This document shows positions 34,879 through 44,809 of a stretch of DNA of 64,000 bases, piece by piece. The position numbers and the translations under genes are program-made. The DNA comes from Desulfomonilia bacterium (GTDB lineage: Bacteria > Desulfobacterota > Desulfomonilia > UBA1062). The notes beneath the pieces were generated by a model. The model ran no database searches, was not told the origin of the DNA, and saw only the letters and a list, made by a program, of their open reading frames with translations. Each line of letters opens with the position of its first letter. Positions within the stretch are counted from its first letter, which is position 1. The stretch is from contig JBEKDT010000006.1 in assembly GCA_050014195.1 (NCBI GenBank), forward strand, positions 96,001 through 160,000, given 5' to 3'.

Positions 34879-35523
34879 ATGAATATTATTTTAATAGGAC
34901 CGCCGGGTGCCGGTAAGGGAACACAGGCCACGAGAATGATCGACAGACTGAAGGTTCCCCAGATCTCCACGGGCGATATGTTCAGGGCAGCCGTCAAGGA
35001 AGGCACGCCCATGGGCACAAAGGCCAAGGAATATATGGACAAGGGTGCGCTGGTGCCGGACGATGTAGTCATCGGCGTAGTGAAAGAGCGCTTCGGCAAG
35101 CCCGACTGCAAGAAGGGGTTCATCCTTGACGGGTTCCCCAGGACATTGGAACAGGCCAAGGCCCTGGACGGGTTGCTGAAGGATCTCAAAACCAAGCTCG
35201 ATCATGTCGTGGTCATCGACGTGCCGGACGACTATCTGGTGGAAAGGCTCACCGGCCGCAGGACATGCAGGGGCTGCAACTATATGCACCACATCGAGTT
35301 CGATCCGCCCAAGAAGGCAGGCGTTTGCGACAAGTGCGGCGGCGAGCTCTATCAGAGGGACGACGATAAGGAAGAGACCATACGCCAGAGGCTGACGAAC
35401 TATCACAACCAGACGTCGCCCCTTATCGAATATTACGGCAAGCAGGCAATCGTCAGAAAAATCAACGGAACCTTAAGCATGGAGAAGGTTCAGGACGAGA
35501 TCAAAAAGGCGATCGGCGCTTAA
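34879..35523 (+). CDS. adk: Adenylate kinase (Zn-binding lid)
   Basis: [16 protein letters not shown], CxxC...CxxC lid. Confidence 0.99.
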   Translation: MNIILIGPPGAGKGTQATRMIDRLKVPQISTGDMFRAAVKEGTPMGTKAKEYMDKGALVPDDVVIGVVKERFGKPDCKKGFILDGFPRTLEQAKALDGLLKDLKTKLDHVVVIDVPDDYLVERLTGRRTCRGCNYMHHIEFDPPKKAGVCDKCGGELYQRDDDKEETIRQRLTNYHNQTSPLIEYYGKQAIVRKINGTLSMEKVQDEIKKAIGA

Positions 35524-35534
35524 ATAGGATACGT

Positions 35535-35750
35535 ATGGCAAAGGATGTAATCGAGGCTGAAGGTGTCGTTCTAGAACCGTTGCCGAACGCCATGTTCAAG
35601 GTGGAGTTGGTCAACGGGCACCAGATTCTCGCGCACATCTCGGGCAAGATGAGAATGCACTACATCCGGATATTACCAGGCGACAAAGTGCAGGTGGAGA
35701 TATCGCCCTATGATCTGACAAAAGGGCGGATCGTCTACCGATCAAAGTAA
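35535..35750 (+). CDS. infA: Translation initiation factor IF-1
   Basis: LPNAMF, HISGKMR, SPYDL. Confidence 0.99.
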   Translation: MAKDVIEAEGVVLEPLPNAMFKVELVNGHQILAHISGKMRMHYIRILPGDKVQVEISPYDLTKGRIVYRSK

Positions 35751-35763
35751 TGATGAGGCGGAT

Positions 35764-35877
35764 ATGAAGGTAAGCGCATCAATCAAGAAGCGGTGCAGGA
35801 AGTGCAAGATTATCAGAAGAAGCGGGACAGTCAGGGTAATCTGCGAGAATCCGCGTCATAAACAGAGACAGGGTTAA
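35764..35877 (+). CDS. rpmJ: 50S ribosomal protein L36 (absent from the ORF track)
   Basis: Manual translation [37 protein letters not shown]. Confidence 0.97.
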   Translation: MKVSASIKKRCRKCKIIRRSGTVRVICENPRHKQRQG

Positions 35878-35892
35878 AAGGAGGCAGGAGTC

Positions 35893-36261
35893 TTGGCTAG
35901 GATTGCAGGAGTAGACTTACCACGGAACAAGCGCATCGATATCGCACTGACCTACATCTACGGTATCGGCAGGGCAAAGGCTTCCGAGCTCATCACGGCC
36001 GTTAATATCGATCCGGCAAAGAGGAGCGATGACCTTTCGGAGCACGACATTTCGTCGATCAGGGACTATATCGACAAGACCTTGACCGTAGAGGGCGATC
36101 TGCGCAGAGAGATCACCATGAACATCAGACGCCTGATGGACATTGCCTCCTACCGGGGTATCAGGCACCGCAAAGGCCTGCCCTGTCGCGGACAGCATAC
36201 CCACAACAACGCCCGTACCAGGAAAGGTCCGAGACGGGCCGTGGTCGGCAAGAAGAAATAA
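35893..36261 (+). CDS. rpsM: 30S ribosomal protein S13
   Basis: ARIAGVD, IYGIG, NARTRKG. Confidence 0.99.
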   Translation: MARIAGVDLPRNKRIDIALTYIYGIGRAKASELITAVNIDPAKRSDDLSEHDISSIRDYIDKTLTVEGDLRREITMNIRRLMDIASYRGIRHRKGLPCRGQHTHNNARTRKGPRRAVVGKKK

Positions 36262-36287
36262 CCTTTTTAAGGTAAGGAGTGCTTTTC

Positions 36288-36680
36288 ATGGCGAAAGTGA
36301 GAGCGAAAACAGGCAGAAAAAAGGCCAGGAAAGAGGTGAGCGAGGGTGTCGTTCATATCCAGGCCACTTTCAATAACACCATCGTGACCATCACGGACCA
36401 GCAGGGGAATACCCTGGGCTGGTCGTCTGCAGGGTCGCAGGGGTTTAAGGGCTCCCGCAAATCCACTCCGTTTGCGGCCCAGATCGCAGCCCAGGAGGCG
36501 TGCAAGAAGGCGGCCGAATTCGGGGTTAAGAGTGCATTCGCATACATAAAGGGGCCCGGCGGCGGCAGGGAATCGGCTTTAAGGGCGATCAATGCGAGCG
36601 GCATCCGGATCACCGGTATCCGCGATATTACGCCGATCCCTCACAACGGCTGCAGGCCGCCTAAGCGAAGAAGGGTATAA
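36288..36680 (+). CDS. rpsK: 30S ribosomal protein S11
   Basis: [23 protein letters not shown]. Confidence 0.99.
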   Translation: MAKVRAKTGRKKARKEVSEGVVHIQATFNNTIVTITDQQGNTLGWSSAGSQGFKGSRKSTPFAAQIAAQEACKKAAEFGVKSAFAYIKGPGGGRESALRAINASGIRITGIRDITPIPHNGCRPPKRRRV

Positions 36681-36700
36681 ACAAGCAAGGAGGAATAATC

Positions 36701-37327
36701 TTGTCGAGATATGCAGGAGCTGTTTGTAAGATCTGTCGCAGAGAAGGAATGAAGCTCTTCCTGAAAGGAGAGCGGTGCTTTACGGACAAGTGCGCCATTG
36801 AGCAGCGGGAATATCCTCCCGGGCAGCACGGCCAGGGCCGCGTCAGGACCACCGAATACCGGATCCACTTAAGAGAGAAGCAGAAGGTCAGGTACACGTA
36901 TGGGGTATCCGAGGCCCAGTTCCGCAAGTATTATGATATGGCAAAGCGCCGCAAGGGTGTTACCGGCGAGCTGCTCCTGCAGCTTCTGGAACGGAGGCTC
37001 GACAACATAGTATACCGCCTCGGGTTCTCGCAGTCACGCAACGGGGCACGCCAGCTTATCAGCCACGGACATATCACGGTGAACGGGCATAAGGTCAACA
37101 TCCCCTCATTTCTCGTGGATGCCGGAGACGAGGTCGAGGTGAAGGAAAAGAGTAAAAAATTAGACTTCATCGGAGTGTCTCTGGAAAATCGTGAACAGCG
37201 TGGTTTTACCGAGTGGCTCGAAGTCGATAAGGATGCCAAGAAAGGCAAGGTAAAGGCGCTGCCGGAGCGCAAGGATATGCCAATGTCGGTCCAGGAGACC
37301 TTGATCATTGAGTACTATTCGAGATAA
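36701..37327 (+). CDS. rpsD: 30S ribosomal protein S4
   Basis: CRREG, LERRLDN, ARQLISHGH. Confidence 0.99.
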   Translation: MSRYAGAVCKICRREGMKLFLKGERCFTDKCAIEQREYPPGQHGQGRVRTTEYRIHLREKQKVRYTYGVSEAQFRKYYDMAKRRKGVTGELLLQLLERRLDNIVYRLGFSQSRNGARQLISHGHITVNGHKVNIPSFLVDAGDEVEVKEKSKKLDFIGVSLENREQRGFTEWLEVDKDAKKGKVKALPERKDMPMSVQETLIIEYYSR

Positions 37328-37357
37328 GACTTTTAAGCCTTGGGGTGAGGGTGAGGG

Positions 37358-38395
37358 ATGATTGAGAAGAACTGGAAAGAAATTATAAAACCGACCAAAT
37401 TGGAGATAGTGGAAGACACGTACACGGATACCTACGCCCGCTTTAATGCACAACCTCTGGAACGCGGCTTCGGTGTCACCATCGGGAATTCGCTGAGGCG
37501 GATTCTTCTGTCCTCCATCTACGGCTCTGCTATCATTGGGGTGAAGTTTGAAGAAGCCTTGGGCGTTCTCCATGAATTTTCCAGCATCTCGGGTGTTTAC
37601 GAGGATGTCACGGACATCATCCTGAACCTCAAGAAGGTGGTGCTGCGCATGCATACGGATAAACCCCAGACCGTGTCCCTTGAAAAGAAGGGCCCCTGCG
37701 AGGTTAAGGCCGGCGACATCGAAACCGGCGGCAAGATCGAGGTGATAAACCCGGATCAGCTCATCGCCACTATCCAGAGCGATATCACGCTGAAGGTTGA
37801 TATGCGGGTGGACTGGGGAAGGGGCTATGTGCCTGCAGAGCTTATCAAGGAAAAGCTGGATACCCACGGCTGGATCCCCATTGATGCCATCTTTTCTCCG
37901 GTGAGAAGGGTGTCTTTTAATGTGACGCCCACCATCGTCGGCCGAAGGACGGACTATGACAGGCTCTCACTTGAGGTATGGACCAACGGCGTGGTGACCC
38001 CGGATGACGCCCTGGCATTCGCCGCCAAGATCCAGAAGGAGTATATGGACGTGTTCATCAACTTCCAGGAGGAGGAGATAGAGCACGAGTTGCGGGAAGA
38101 AGAGAAAGACAAGGAATTGAACAACAACCTCTTCAGGACCGTGGAGGAACTCGAACTCTCGGTTCGTTCCGCCAACTGCCTGAAGAACGCGAATATGACT
38201 TATATCTATGAGCTCGTGCAGAAGACGGAGGCCGAGCTTTTAAAGACCAAGAACTTCGGCAGGAAGTCCTTGGAAGAGATCAAGGAAAAGCTCTCTAAAA
38301 TGGGTTTGCACATCGGGATGAAGCTCCCGGATCTGCCCTCGGTCGACGAGATCGAGGCGCGGCGCAAGAGAATGGAAGAAGAGGAAAGCAAGTAG
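37358..38395 (+). CDS. rpoA: RNA polymerase alpha subunit
   Basis: [30 protein letters not shown]. Confidence 0.99.
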   Translation: MIEKNWKEIIKPTKLEIVEDTYTDTYARFNAQPLERGFGVTIGNSLRRILLSSIYGSAIIGVKFEEALGVLHEFSSISGVYEDVTDIILNLKKVVLRMHTDKPQTVSLEKKGPCEVKAGDIETGGKIEVINPDQLIATIQSDITLKVDMRVDWGRGYVPAELIKEKLDTHGWIPIDAIFSPVRRVSFNVTPTIVGRRTDYDRLSLEVWTNGVVTPDDALAFAAKIQKEYMDVFINFQEEEIEHELREEEKDKELNNNLFRTVEELELSVRSANCLKNANMTYIYELVQKTEAELLKTKNFGRKSLEEIKEKLSKMGLHIGMKLPDLPSVDEIEARRKRMEEEESK

Positions 38396-38411
38396 GATCG
38401 GAGCATAAGAC

Positions 38412-38906
38412 ATGAATCATCACATTGCAGGAAGAAAACTCGGACGGACAACGGATCATAAGCTCTCGATGCTCAAGAACCTGGTGACATCGCTGATCAT
38501 CCATGACAGGCTCACCACTACCGAGGCAAAGGCAAAAGAGCTCAGAAGGATCGCCGATAAAATGATCACCCTGGGCAAGAAGGGCGACCTCGCAGCGATC
38601 CGCAGGGCCCACCAGACAATAAGATCAAAGGAAGCCCTCGGCAAGCTCTTCAAAGACCTTGCACCGCTTTTTGCCGCACGTAACGGCGGGTATACCCGCA
38701 TCATCAAGTATAAGAACCGCCACGGCGACCATGCTCCTCTTGCCATCATCGAATGGACGGAGTCGGCAGCAATAAATGTCCCGGAAAAGAAGGCACCCGA
38801 GAAGAAGGCTTCGGCGAAAAAGGCCTCCGAGAAGAAGGCGCCCGAGAAAAAGGCCGCCCCGAAGAAGAAGGCTGCAGCAAAGAAGGCTGACGAGAATAAG
38901 GATTGA
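38412..38906 (+). CDS. rplQ: 50S ribosomal protein L17 with a Lys/Ala-rich C-terminal tail
   Basis: TTEAKAKELR, RNGGYTRI; tail of (P/S)EKKA repeats. Confidence 0.98.
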   Translation: MNHHIAGRKLGRTTDHKLSMLKNLVTSLIIHDRLTTTEAKAKELRRIADKMITLGKKGDLAAIRRAHQTIRSKEALGKLFKDLAPLFAARNGGYTRIIKYKNRHGDHAPLAIIEWTESAAINVPEKKAPEKKASAKKASEKKAPEKKAAPKKKAAAKKADENKD

Positions 38907-39706
38907 TCCGGAAGGAAACACAACACACTGCATTAACACTATCTGGAGTTACTTTTTCCTATCCCAACAAAAACGCTCTGGCGGGTATCGATCTCACGGT
39001 ACCCGCCGGTTCTTATTTCGGCATTGTGGGTCCGAACGGCAGCGGCAAGACCACACTGGCCTTTCTCATCTCAGGCATTCTCAAGCCCGCTTCCGGCCTC
39101 ATCGACACGCACGGCATGCGGGTCGGTCTTGTCCTTTCCAACCCCGCCAATCAGATCGTGAGCCTTGTAGTGGAGGAAGACATCGCCTTCGGACCCGAGA
39201 ACATGGGTCTTCCGAGCCACGAGATCAGGGCCAGGATCGATTACGCACTGGGGGCCATCCACGGCGAGCACCTTCGTCACTCACTCACCTCGACTCTCTC
39301 CGGCGGCCAGCTCGCCAAGGTTGCCTATGCGGGCCAGCTTGCACTGGATGTGGATGTCCTGGTCTTAGACGAGGGCACGGTAATGCTCGATCCCTCAAGC
39401 CGGGCTGCCCTTTTAAAGACCATAAAAGAGCTGAATGCGGATCTGGGCACTACCGTCATCCACATCTCTCACCGCCTGGAAGACCTGCAGAGCGCTCATT
39501 GCGTGCTGGTCATGGAAGAAGGCGTTATCAGGCTTACAGCAGAGGGTGCCCTCGATCTCATAAAAAGGCTTTCACAAGATACTACACCGGGGATAGAGGC
39601 CGGTCCCGAACTGATCTATCGCGGGTTCTTGCATGACCACGGGATCGATGAGACTGATCTCGAAAAGGCGACAAGAATATGTGCCGGCCTGATGAAGAAA
39701 ACCTGA
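38903..39706 (+). CDS. ECF transporter ATPase (EcfA/CbiO/BioM family)
   Basis: GPNGSGKT, VEEDIAFGPEN, LSGGQ, LVLDE, ISH. Confidence 0.9.
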   Translation: MIRKETQHTALTLSGVTFSYPNKNALAGIDLTVPAGSYFGIVGPNGSGKTTLAFLISGILKPASGLIDTHGMRVGLVLSNPANQIVSLVVEEDIAFGPENMGLPSHEIRARIDYALGAIHGEHLRHSLTSTLSGGQLAKVAYAGQLALDVDVLVLDEGTVMLDPSSRAALLKTIKELNADLGTTVIHISHRLEDLQSAHCVLVMEEGVIRLTAEGALDLIKRLSQDTTPGIEAGPELIYRGFLHDHGIDETDLEKATRICAGLMKKT

Positions 39707-39725
39707 TCCTGCACCATTCTGTGCG

Positions 39726-40505
39726 TCAGACCCCCTTGTCGTTCAACCATGCAATGATATAGTCGGCTACCTCTTGCCAGTTCTTTTGTCCGATGATGAA
39801 GTGCGTTCGTCCGGCGAACTCCTTGAAGTCGGTTATGGATGGTGACCTCTTGTATTTGTTATAGTTGGTCTTGTTGAGCGAAGCCGGGATTATGTTGTCA
39901 TCAGAACCGGCAATCAAGAGTAGAGGGGGGTGTTGTTTTTTGAAGTCAATCCCGGCAACGCTGGTGAGTGACTCACGGGGCACCCTTCGTGATTCGGGCA
40001 CCACATATCTTTCATAAGCTGCTCGTTGTTCTGGTAACGACATCGTATTCACGAACGTGTACTGAAAGTGTTCAAACGGCATTTGCATGGGTTGGCCCTT
40101 GGGCACAAATGGGTTAATCGCTGGCCAGTTGGACTTGATAAAGGACCACTTGATGGTGAATACACCGGGCGGCGGCGCGGAATCAATCGCAACGCCTGCA
40201 ATAGCCAGATCTCTCTGAAGTAATAATTGCACGATCAACCCCCCCATCGAATGACCGATGAGAATGGGCTTTGCACCCAGTGGTTTGATGGTTTCCACGA
40301 GAGACTCAATGACGGCGCTCAAGGTGAGCTTGCCTAGTTGCGGATCGGGGTAGTTCTTGCGCAGTGTTTCGACGGGCTTTTCTCTGCCGGGCCAGGCCGG
40401 GGCGATGCACGTATAGCCTTTGGTTTGATAGTGCTTGATCCAGTGCTCCCAACACAACGGGTTCATGAACATTCCGTGTATGAATAAGATAGTCCCGGTC
40501 TTCAT
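39726..40505 (-). CDS. Alpha/beta-hydrolase
   Basis: FIHG, GHSMGG nucleophile elbow, GSDD acid, GRTH His; SD AAGGAG. Confidence 0.92.
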   Translation of the reverse strand: MKTGTILFIHGMFMNPLCWEHWIKHYQTKGYTCIAPAWPGREKPVETLRKNYPDPQLGKLTLSAVIESLVETIKPLGAKPILIGHSMGGLIVQLLLQRDLAIAGVAIDSAPPPGVFTIKWSFIKSNWPAINPFVPKGQPMQMPFEHFQYTFVNTMSLPEQRAAYERYVVPESRRVPRESLTSVAGIDFKKQHPPLLLIAGSDDNIIPASLNKTNYNKYKRSPSITDFKEFAGRTHFIIGQKNWQEVADYIIAWLNDKGV

Positions 40506-40705
40506 GATCAAACTCCTTTTTTAGAGATGGATAACGATATAAAGTGCCTTCGGATGCCCCTCCGGAATCCTTGTTCATACTTTCATGTAATATAAGAGCC
40601 AGACCGTCCCAGGCAAGGAATCTGCAGAGCTGGAATAATAGTAAGAACGCCTTCAGGCGAGATCGGACACAGGGAAGAAAGGGAACAGATTTATTTTCTA
40701 AAGGG

Positions 40706-40803
40706 GCCTAACCATCGGTTTCACGAGGACCGCCAGGACCGTCCGGCCCTGCAAAGTTAAACGTACACTTTGCCCTAGCGGCCGCTGATGCCTACCGTTT
40801 CGG
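40706..40803 (+). mobile_element. attC-like site upstream of hicB-hicA
   Basis: GCCTAAC...GCAAAGT/ACTTTGC hairpin...GCTGATGCCTACC-GTTTCGGTG; its 3' core nearly complements CACCGAAC at 41296. Confidence 0.6.
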
Positions 40804-40831
40804 TGTATGAGTGCACGGCGAAAAACCAGTA

Positions 40832-40860
40832 TTGCATATCCACTTTGTGTACGATACTAT
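40832..40860 (+). promoter_or_regulatory. sigma70 promoter of hicB-hicA
   Basis: TTGCAT-17 nt-TACTAT. Confidence 0.65.
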
Positions 40861-40878
40861 GTTTTATAAGGTGACCTC

Positions 40879-41079
40879 ATGAGAATCGAGATAGAAAGAG
40901 AGGATGATGGCCGCTGGATAGCTGAAATCCCAGAGCTGCCCGGTGTATTAGCCTATGGAGATACTCGTAAACAAGCCATTGCAAAGGCAGAAGCGTTGGC
41001 GTTGCGAGTTCTGGCTGACCGACTTGAGCATGATGAAGAGATTCCAGAACTCAAGGAAGTGTTTGCAGTCTCCGCATGA
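40879..41079 (+). CDS. hicB: Short HicB-family antitoxin
   Basis: EREDDGRWIAEIPELPGVLAYGDT..A; no DNA-binding domain. Confidence 0.9.
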   Translation: MRIEIEREDDGRWIAEIPELPGVLAYGDTRKQAIAKAEALALRVLADRLEHDEEIPELKEVFAVSA

Positions 41080-41291
41080 GTCAGTGGCCATCAACTAGGC
41101 CCCAGCAAGTTCTAGCAGCTCTTTTTCGTATTGGTTGGGTGATCAAAAGACAGTCTGGTACATCTCATCGTATTCTTGCTCGTCCGGGTTGGCCTGATTA
41201 TGTTTTCGCCTTTCATGATCGTGAAGAGATCGGTCCGAAAATGCTGGCACGGATTTCGAAACATACAGGTCTTACTCCTAAAGATTTGTGA
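41076..41291 (+). CDS. hicA: HicA-family mRNA interferase toxin
   Basis: GW..KRQSGTSH...FHDREEIGPKMLARI. Confidence 0.9.
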   Translation: MSQWPSTRPQQVLAALFRIGWVIKRQSGTSHRILARPGWPDYVFAFHDREEIGPKMLARISKHTGLTPKDL

Positions 41292-41296
41292 TAATC

Positions 41297-41360
41297 ACCG
41301 AACAAAGGCATCCAGAAGGACACGGGCTGCCGCCCGCGCTACTGATGCGTGTCGTTGAAT
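41297..41360 (+). mobile_element. Integron attC site of the hicBA cassette
   Basis: ACCGAAC-AAAGGCATCCAGAAGGACACGGGC-TGCC-GCCCGCGCTACTGATGCGTGTC-GTTGAAT; related to the attC at 3993-4052. Confidence 0.8.
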
Positions 41361-41398
41361 GAATATCCCTGCGATTAACAAACAGTCGTATTTTTCAG

Positions 41399-41702
41399 TT
41401 ATGAATCGGAGATCTCAAGATGAGATCGTCAGTGTATTTTCTCTCATAGAGGGAATTATTTAAATGAGGGCTTGGCTCTCAGCCGTCCCCGATAAAACTG
41501 CTGACTACACCTTTCAGGTATTGAGCAGGATTAATCCGAGCCATATTCTTTATGATATCGATGTTGGAGTGGAGATGTCGGGTGTCCAGCACCCACATGA
41601 TATGACGTTTCTTATACGGGATACCTGCCCTGTCCATGTACTCGCACGGGAAGATCTGTACCGTGACCGTTTTTATGTCATAATCTTTGCCGCACTCACA
41701 GA
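41399..41702 (-). pseudogene. 304-bp direct-repeat copy of 56054-56357 (3' end of the PilZ gene plus downstream DNA)
   Basis: About 6 mismatches by eye; offset 14,655 bp. Confidence 0.92.
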
Positions 41703-41716
41703 AGCCTAAACATTAA

Positions 41717-41745
41717 TTGACATATGCTTTAATTGTTGATATCAT
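41717..41745 (+). promoter_or_regulatory. sigma70 promoter of the TPR membrane protein gene
   Basis: TTGACA-17 nt-TATCAT. Confidence 0.7.
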
Positions 41746-41763
41746 GTAAGTGATTATAATTAG

Positions 41764-43998
41764 GTGACATTATTGAGGAGGGATGTTTTGATAGGGTTCA
41801 CTTCATCTCCAGAAGCTAAAAACACCACTCAGGAAACCACCGGTCACCTATTTTACATAGTTCTTATTTGCGTTTTGCTCACCATAATAACTCTATCTGT
41901 TTATTGGCAAGTAATCGGATATAATTTCATAGCGTTTGATGATTCAACATATGTTGTTAATAATGATATTGTCAAACAAGGAATAAGCTTTGATGGAGTC
42001 AGAAGAGCTTTTTCAGAAGTTTATGCAGGCAACTGGCACCCAATGACTTGGATCTCACATATGCTTGATGTACAGTTTTTCGGAATCAACCCAGGTATGC
42101 ATCACTTAACCAATTTGATCTTCCACATACTCAATACCATACTGCTTTTCCTTGTTTTGGATAGGATGACTGGGGCTATGTGGAGGAGTGCCTTAGTAGC
42201 AGGGTTGTTTGCCATACATCCACTACATGTTGAATCGGTGGTTTGGATCTCCGAACGAAAGGATGTTTTAAGCACCTTCTTTTGGATACTCACCATGATG
42301 GGTTATCACTATTATATACTGAAACGCACTTTATGGAGATATCTCATTGTAGTTCTATTCTACGTCTTAGGGCTTCTATCCAAACCTATGTTAATGACTT
42401 TACCGTTCGTATTACTACTCTTGGATTACTGGCCGTTAAACCGACTGGGGGCCCTTCAGAAAGGAGAGAATAAAAGTGGACATAGCACAGGTATAATGGG
42501 ATCTAGCAACCGGTGTTCGTCCCTTTCAGTTCTTATAATAGAAAAGATACCGCTTATTGTGTTTGCAATGATCTCATGTTGTGTGACCTTCTATGCACAG
42601 AAAAGCGGTGGGGCAATGAGAACAATTGCTGTGATAGGTATGGCCCCCAGGATAGTAAATGCTATAAACACATATATAGCCTATCTAGGGAAGACACTTT
42701 GCCCAGTCAACCTTGCAATATTCTACCCATATCCAGATACATTTAATCCTCTTTGGGTAATATTGTGTGCCCTGCTTCTTTTGTTCATCTCCGCATTTGT
42801 CTTGTTTTCTGTAAGGAGGTTCCCCTACCTCGCAGTGGGTTGGTTCTGGTATCTCGGTACGTTAATCCCGGTCATTGGGATCGTACAAGTGGGAGACCAG
42901 GCAATGGCTGACAGGTACACATATATACCACTTGTTGGTATTTTCCTTATGATCGTTTGGGGACTTGGGGATTTGTTTGCCAAGTGGCATTACAAAAAAG
43001 TTTTCCTAGAAGTTGTAACAGTCATCGTTTTTACACTTCTTATTGTATTTACGTGGTTGCAGATTGGCTTTTGGAAGAACAATGAGACCCTCTTCAGGCA
43101 CACACTTGCTGTCACTGAAAACAACTACCTAGCACATGGAATCCTTGGGAAGGTTCTTATCAGTCAAGGTAATGTGGATGGGGCCATCAAGGAGTACAAG
43201 GAGGCTATTCGGATAAACCCGTATTACTATCTGGCATATTTCCGTCTTGGACAGATGTTTACAAAAAAGAAGGAAGATGGAAAGGCTATTGAATATTATT
43301 CAAAAGGATTGGAAATCAAGCCTGATGATATCTTAGCCCACAATTATCTAGGCGACCTGTTAGTAAAGATGGGAAAAACAGATGAGGCTATTAGTCGATA
43401 TAATGACTCATTGCGAATAAATCCACACCAGCCAGTAGTCTACAATAATCTTGGGAATATCTACCTTCTGAAAGGGAATACTGAAAAAGCTATTGAATGT
43501 TATCAGTATGCTGTAAACGAAAAATCTGATTATTCTAAGGCAATAATTAATCTCAAAAATGCACGGATGATCCAAAGTGTACAAGAATTGTTGAAGGCCA
43601 ATCCTCAGAATTCTGCACTGCACACAAAACTCGGCAATATCTACAGTCAAATGGGTGGATATGATGAAGCTATTGCTCAATATCAAAAAGCGATCTCAAT
43701 TCAACCCAAATACATCCAAGCCATGGACGGTCTTTCACGCATATATTCTAACGGTCAGGATTACGATAAGGCTCTGAGTGTGCTTAAAAATATGCAGAAG
43801 ATGCAGCCCGGAAATCCAACTATCTACTATAATATTGCGTGTATTTATGCAAAACAGAATAATATTGTTGAATCCATTGTTTGGCTAAAACATTCAATTG
43901 AGAAGGGATTTCATAATTGGGACCTGATTAAGAAGGACCCCGATCTTGCAAACATCAGAAACACCTCTTTTGTTAATGAATTGATAAAAAATCATTAA
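41764..43998 (+). CDS. GT-C/TMTC-like multi-pass membrane protein with C-terminal TPRs (putative protein glycosyltransferase)
   Basis: FDD..YV, WHPMTWISHMLD, HPLHVESVVWISERKDVL, ADRYTYIP, then multiple TPRs; AT-rich. Confidence 0.85.
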   Translation: MTLLRRDVLIGFTSSPEAKNTTQETTGHLFYIVLICVLLTIITLSVYWQVIGYNFIAFDDSTYVVNNDIVKQGISFDGVRRAFSEVYAGNWHPMTWISHMLDVQFFGINPGMHHLTNLIFHILNTILLFLVLDRMTGAMWRSALVAGLFAIHPLHVESVVWISERKDVLSTFFWILTMMGYHYYILKRTLWRYLIVVLFYVLGLLSKPMLMTLPFVLLLLDYWPLNRLGALQKGENKSGHSTGIMGSSNRCSSLSVLIIEKIPLIVFAMISCCVTFYAQKSGGAMRTIAVIGMAPRIVNAINTYIAYLGKTLCPVNLAIFYPYPDTFNPLWVILCALLLLFISAFVLFSVRRFPYLAVGWFWYLGTLIPVIGIVQVGDQAMADRYTYIPLVGIFLMIVWGLGDLFAKWHYKKVFLEVVTVIVFTLLIVFTWLQIGFWKNNETLFRHTLAVTENNYLAHGILGKVLISQGNVDGAIKEYKEAIRINPYYYLAYFRLGQMFTKKKEDGKAIEYYSKGLEIKPDDILAHNYLGDLLVKMGKTDEAISRYNDSLRINPHQPVVYNNLGNIYLLKGNTEKAIECYQYAVNEKSDYSKAIINLKNARMIQSVQELLKANPQNSALHTKLGNIYSQMGGYDEAIAQYQKAISIQPKYIQAMDGLSRIYSNGQDYDKALSVLKNMQKMQPGNPTIYYNIACIYAKQNNIVESIVWLKHSIEKGFHNWDLIKKDPDLANIRNTSFVNELIKNH

Positions 43999-44019
43999 GA
44001 TATTTTATGGAAGAAGAAG

Positions 44020-44285
44020 TTCGGAAGTCCTCCAGTGCATAATGGGTCCTCTTCTTGTGCCCATAACGTTCCTGCTCAGCGAACCGAGGGTCCCTTGTCC
44101 GGAATCCCCTGTCCGGGATATAGGCATCCACTTCCTCTTCAGGTCATTAACCGATCCGCTCCACTGCTTGGATGCATTACTCGAGAGCTTGCAGCCATCC
44201 AATGCAAACAGCGTCCCCCCAAGCAGTGCCATCTCCTCACAGACCAGCAGTACATCCTGAAACAGAGGCAGGATCTCCTCTCACA
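44020..44285 (-). pseudogene. IS1182-family transposase remnant with a large internal deletion
   Basis: LLVCEEMALLGGTLFALDGCKLSSNASKQWSG joined out of frame to VDAYIPDRGFRTRDPRF...EDF. Confidence 0.75.
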
Positions 44286-44425
44286 CGATTTCAGAGTGTG
44301 TCCTCTGGCACGCGATCTATATTTTATAACTTTTATGATGTTCTCTGACCTTTCAGTTCTTATAGATGTCGTTATTTCATTTGAATCATGCCGGGTGAGA
44401 GTTATGTTCAGAAACATTCCCGATT

Positions 44426-44477
44426 AAAAAAAAGCACCCGACTCCCAGCTCTCATTGCGGGAGAGGAAGACGGATGC
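44426..44477 (-). terminator. Intrinsic terminator of the mcp-cheW operon
   Basis: GCATCCG..CTCCC..GGGAG..CGGGTGC followed by T8 on the minus strand. Confidence 0.6.
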
Positions 44478-44543
44478 AAGGGAGGTTGTTTCTCTTTTAT
44501 TCGTTTAATCAGGCATTATAACCCCTGATTACCGTTTCTTTCC

Positions 44544-44776
44544 TTAGGCCTGAGTGACCTGGCGCTCTACTTCAAGATCTTCGGCGGAAAAGACCTTATC
44601 GATGTCGAGGATCATGACCAATTCCTCACCCCGCTTACCCATGCCCTTTAAAAACTCCGTGTTCAGCCGGTCCCGATCCTGGGAGCCGGCTCGATGTTCT
44701 CCGGTTCAATATCCATGACCTCATGTACAGAGTACGCCAGTACACCAAGCATGATATCATTGCCGTCGATGTCCAT
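44544..44776 (-). pseudogene. cheW: Truncated, frameshifted second cheW
   Basis: LGVLAYSVHEVMDIEPENIEPAPRIGT / 1-nt deletion / RLNTEFLKGMGKRGEELVMILDIDKVFS; 5' half missing. Confidence 0.88.
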
Positions 44777-44809
44777 GCCCAATTCCCTCCAGAGGACCTT
44801 CCAGGGACC

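Noticed and set aside
41464-41709. Plus-strand ORFs MRAWLSA... at 41464 and 56119 as a duplicated small gene
   Set aside because: They are antisense to the PilZ gene 3' end and simply reflect the direct repeat.
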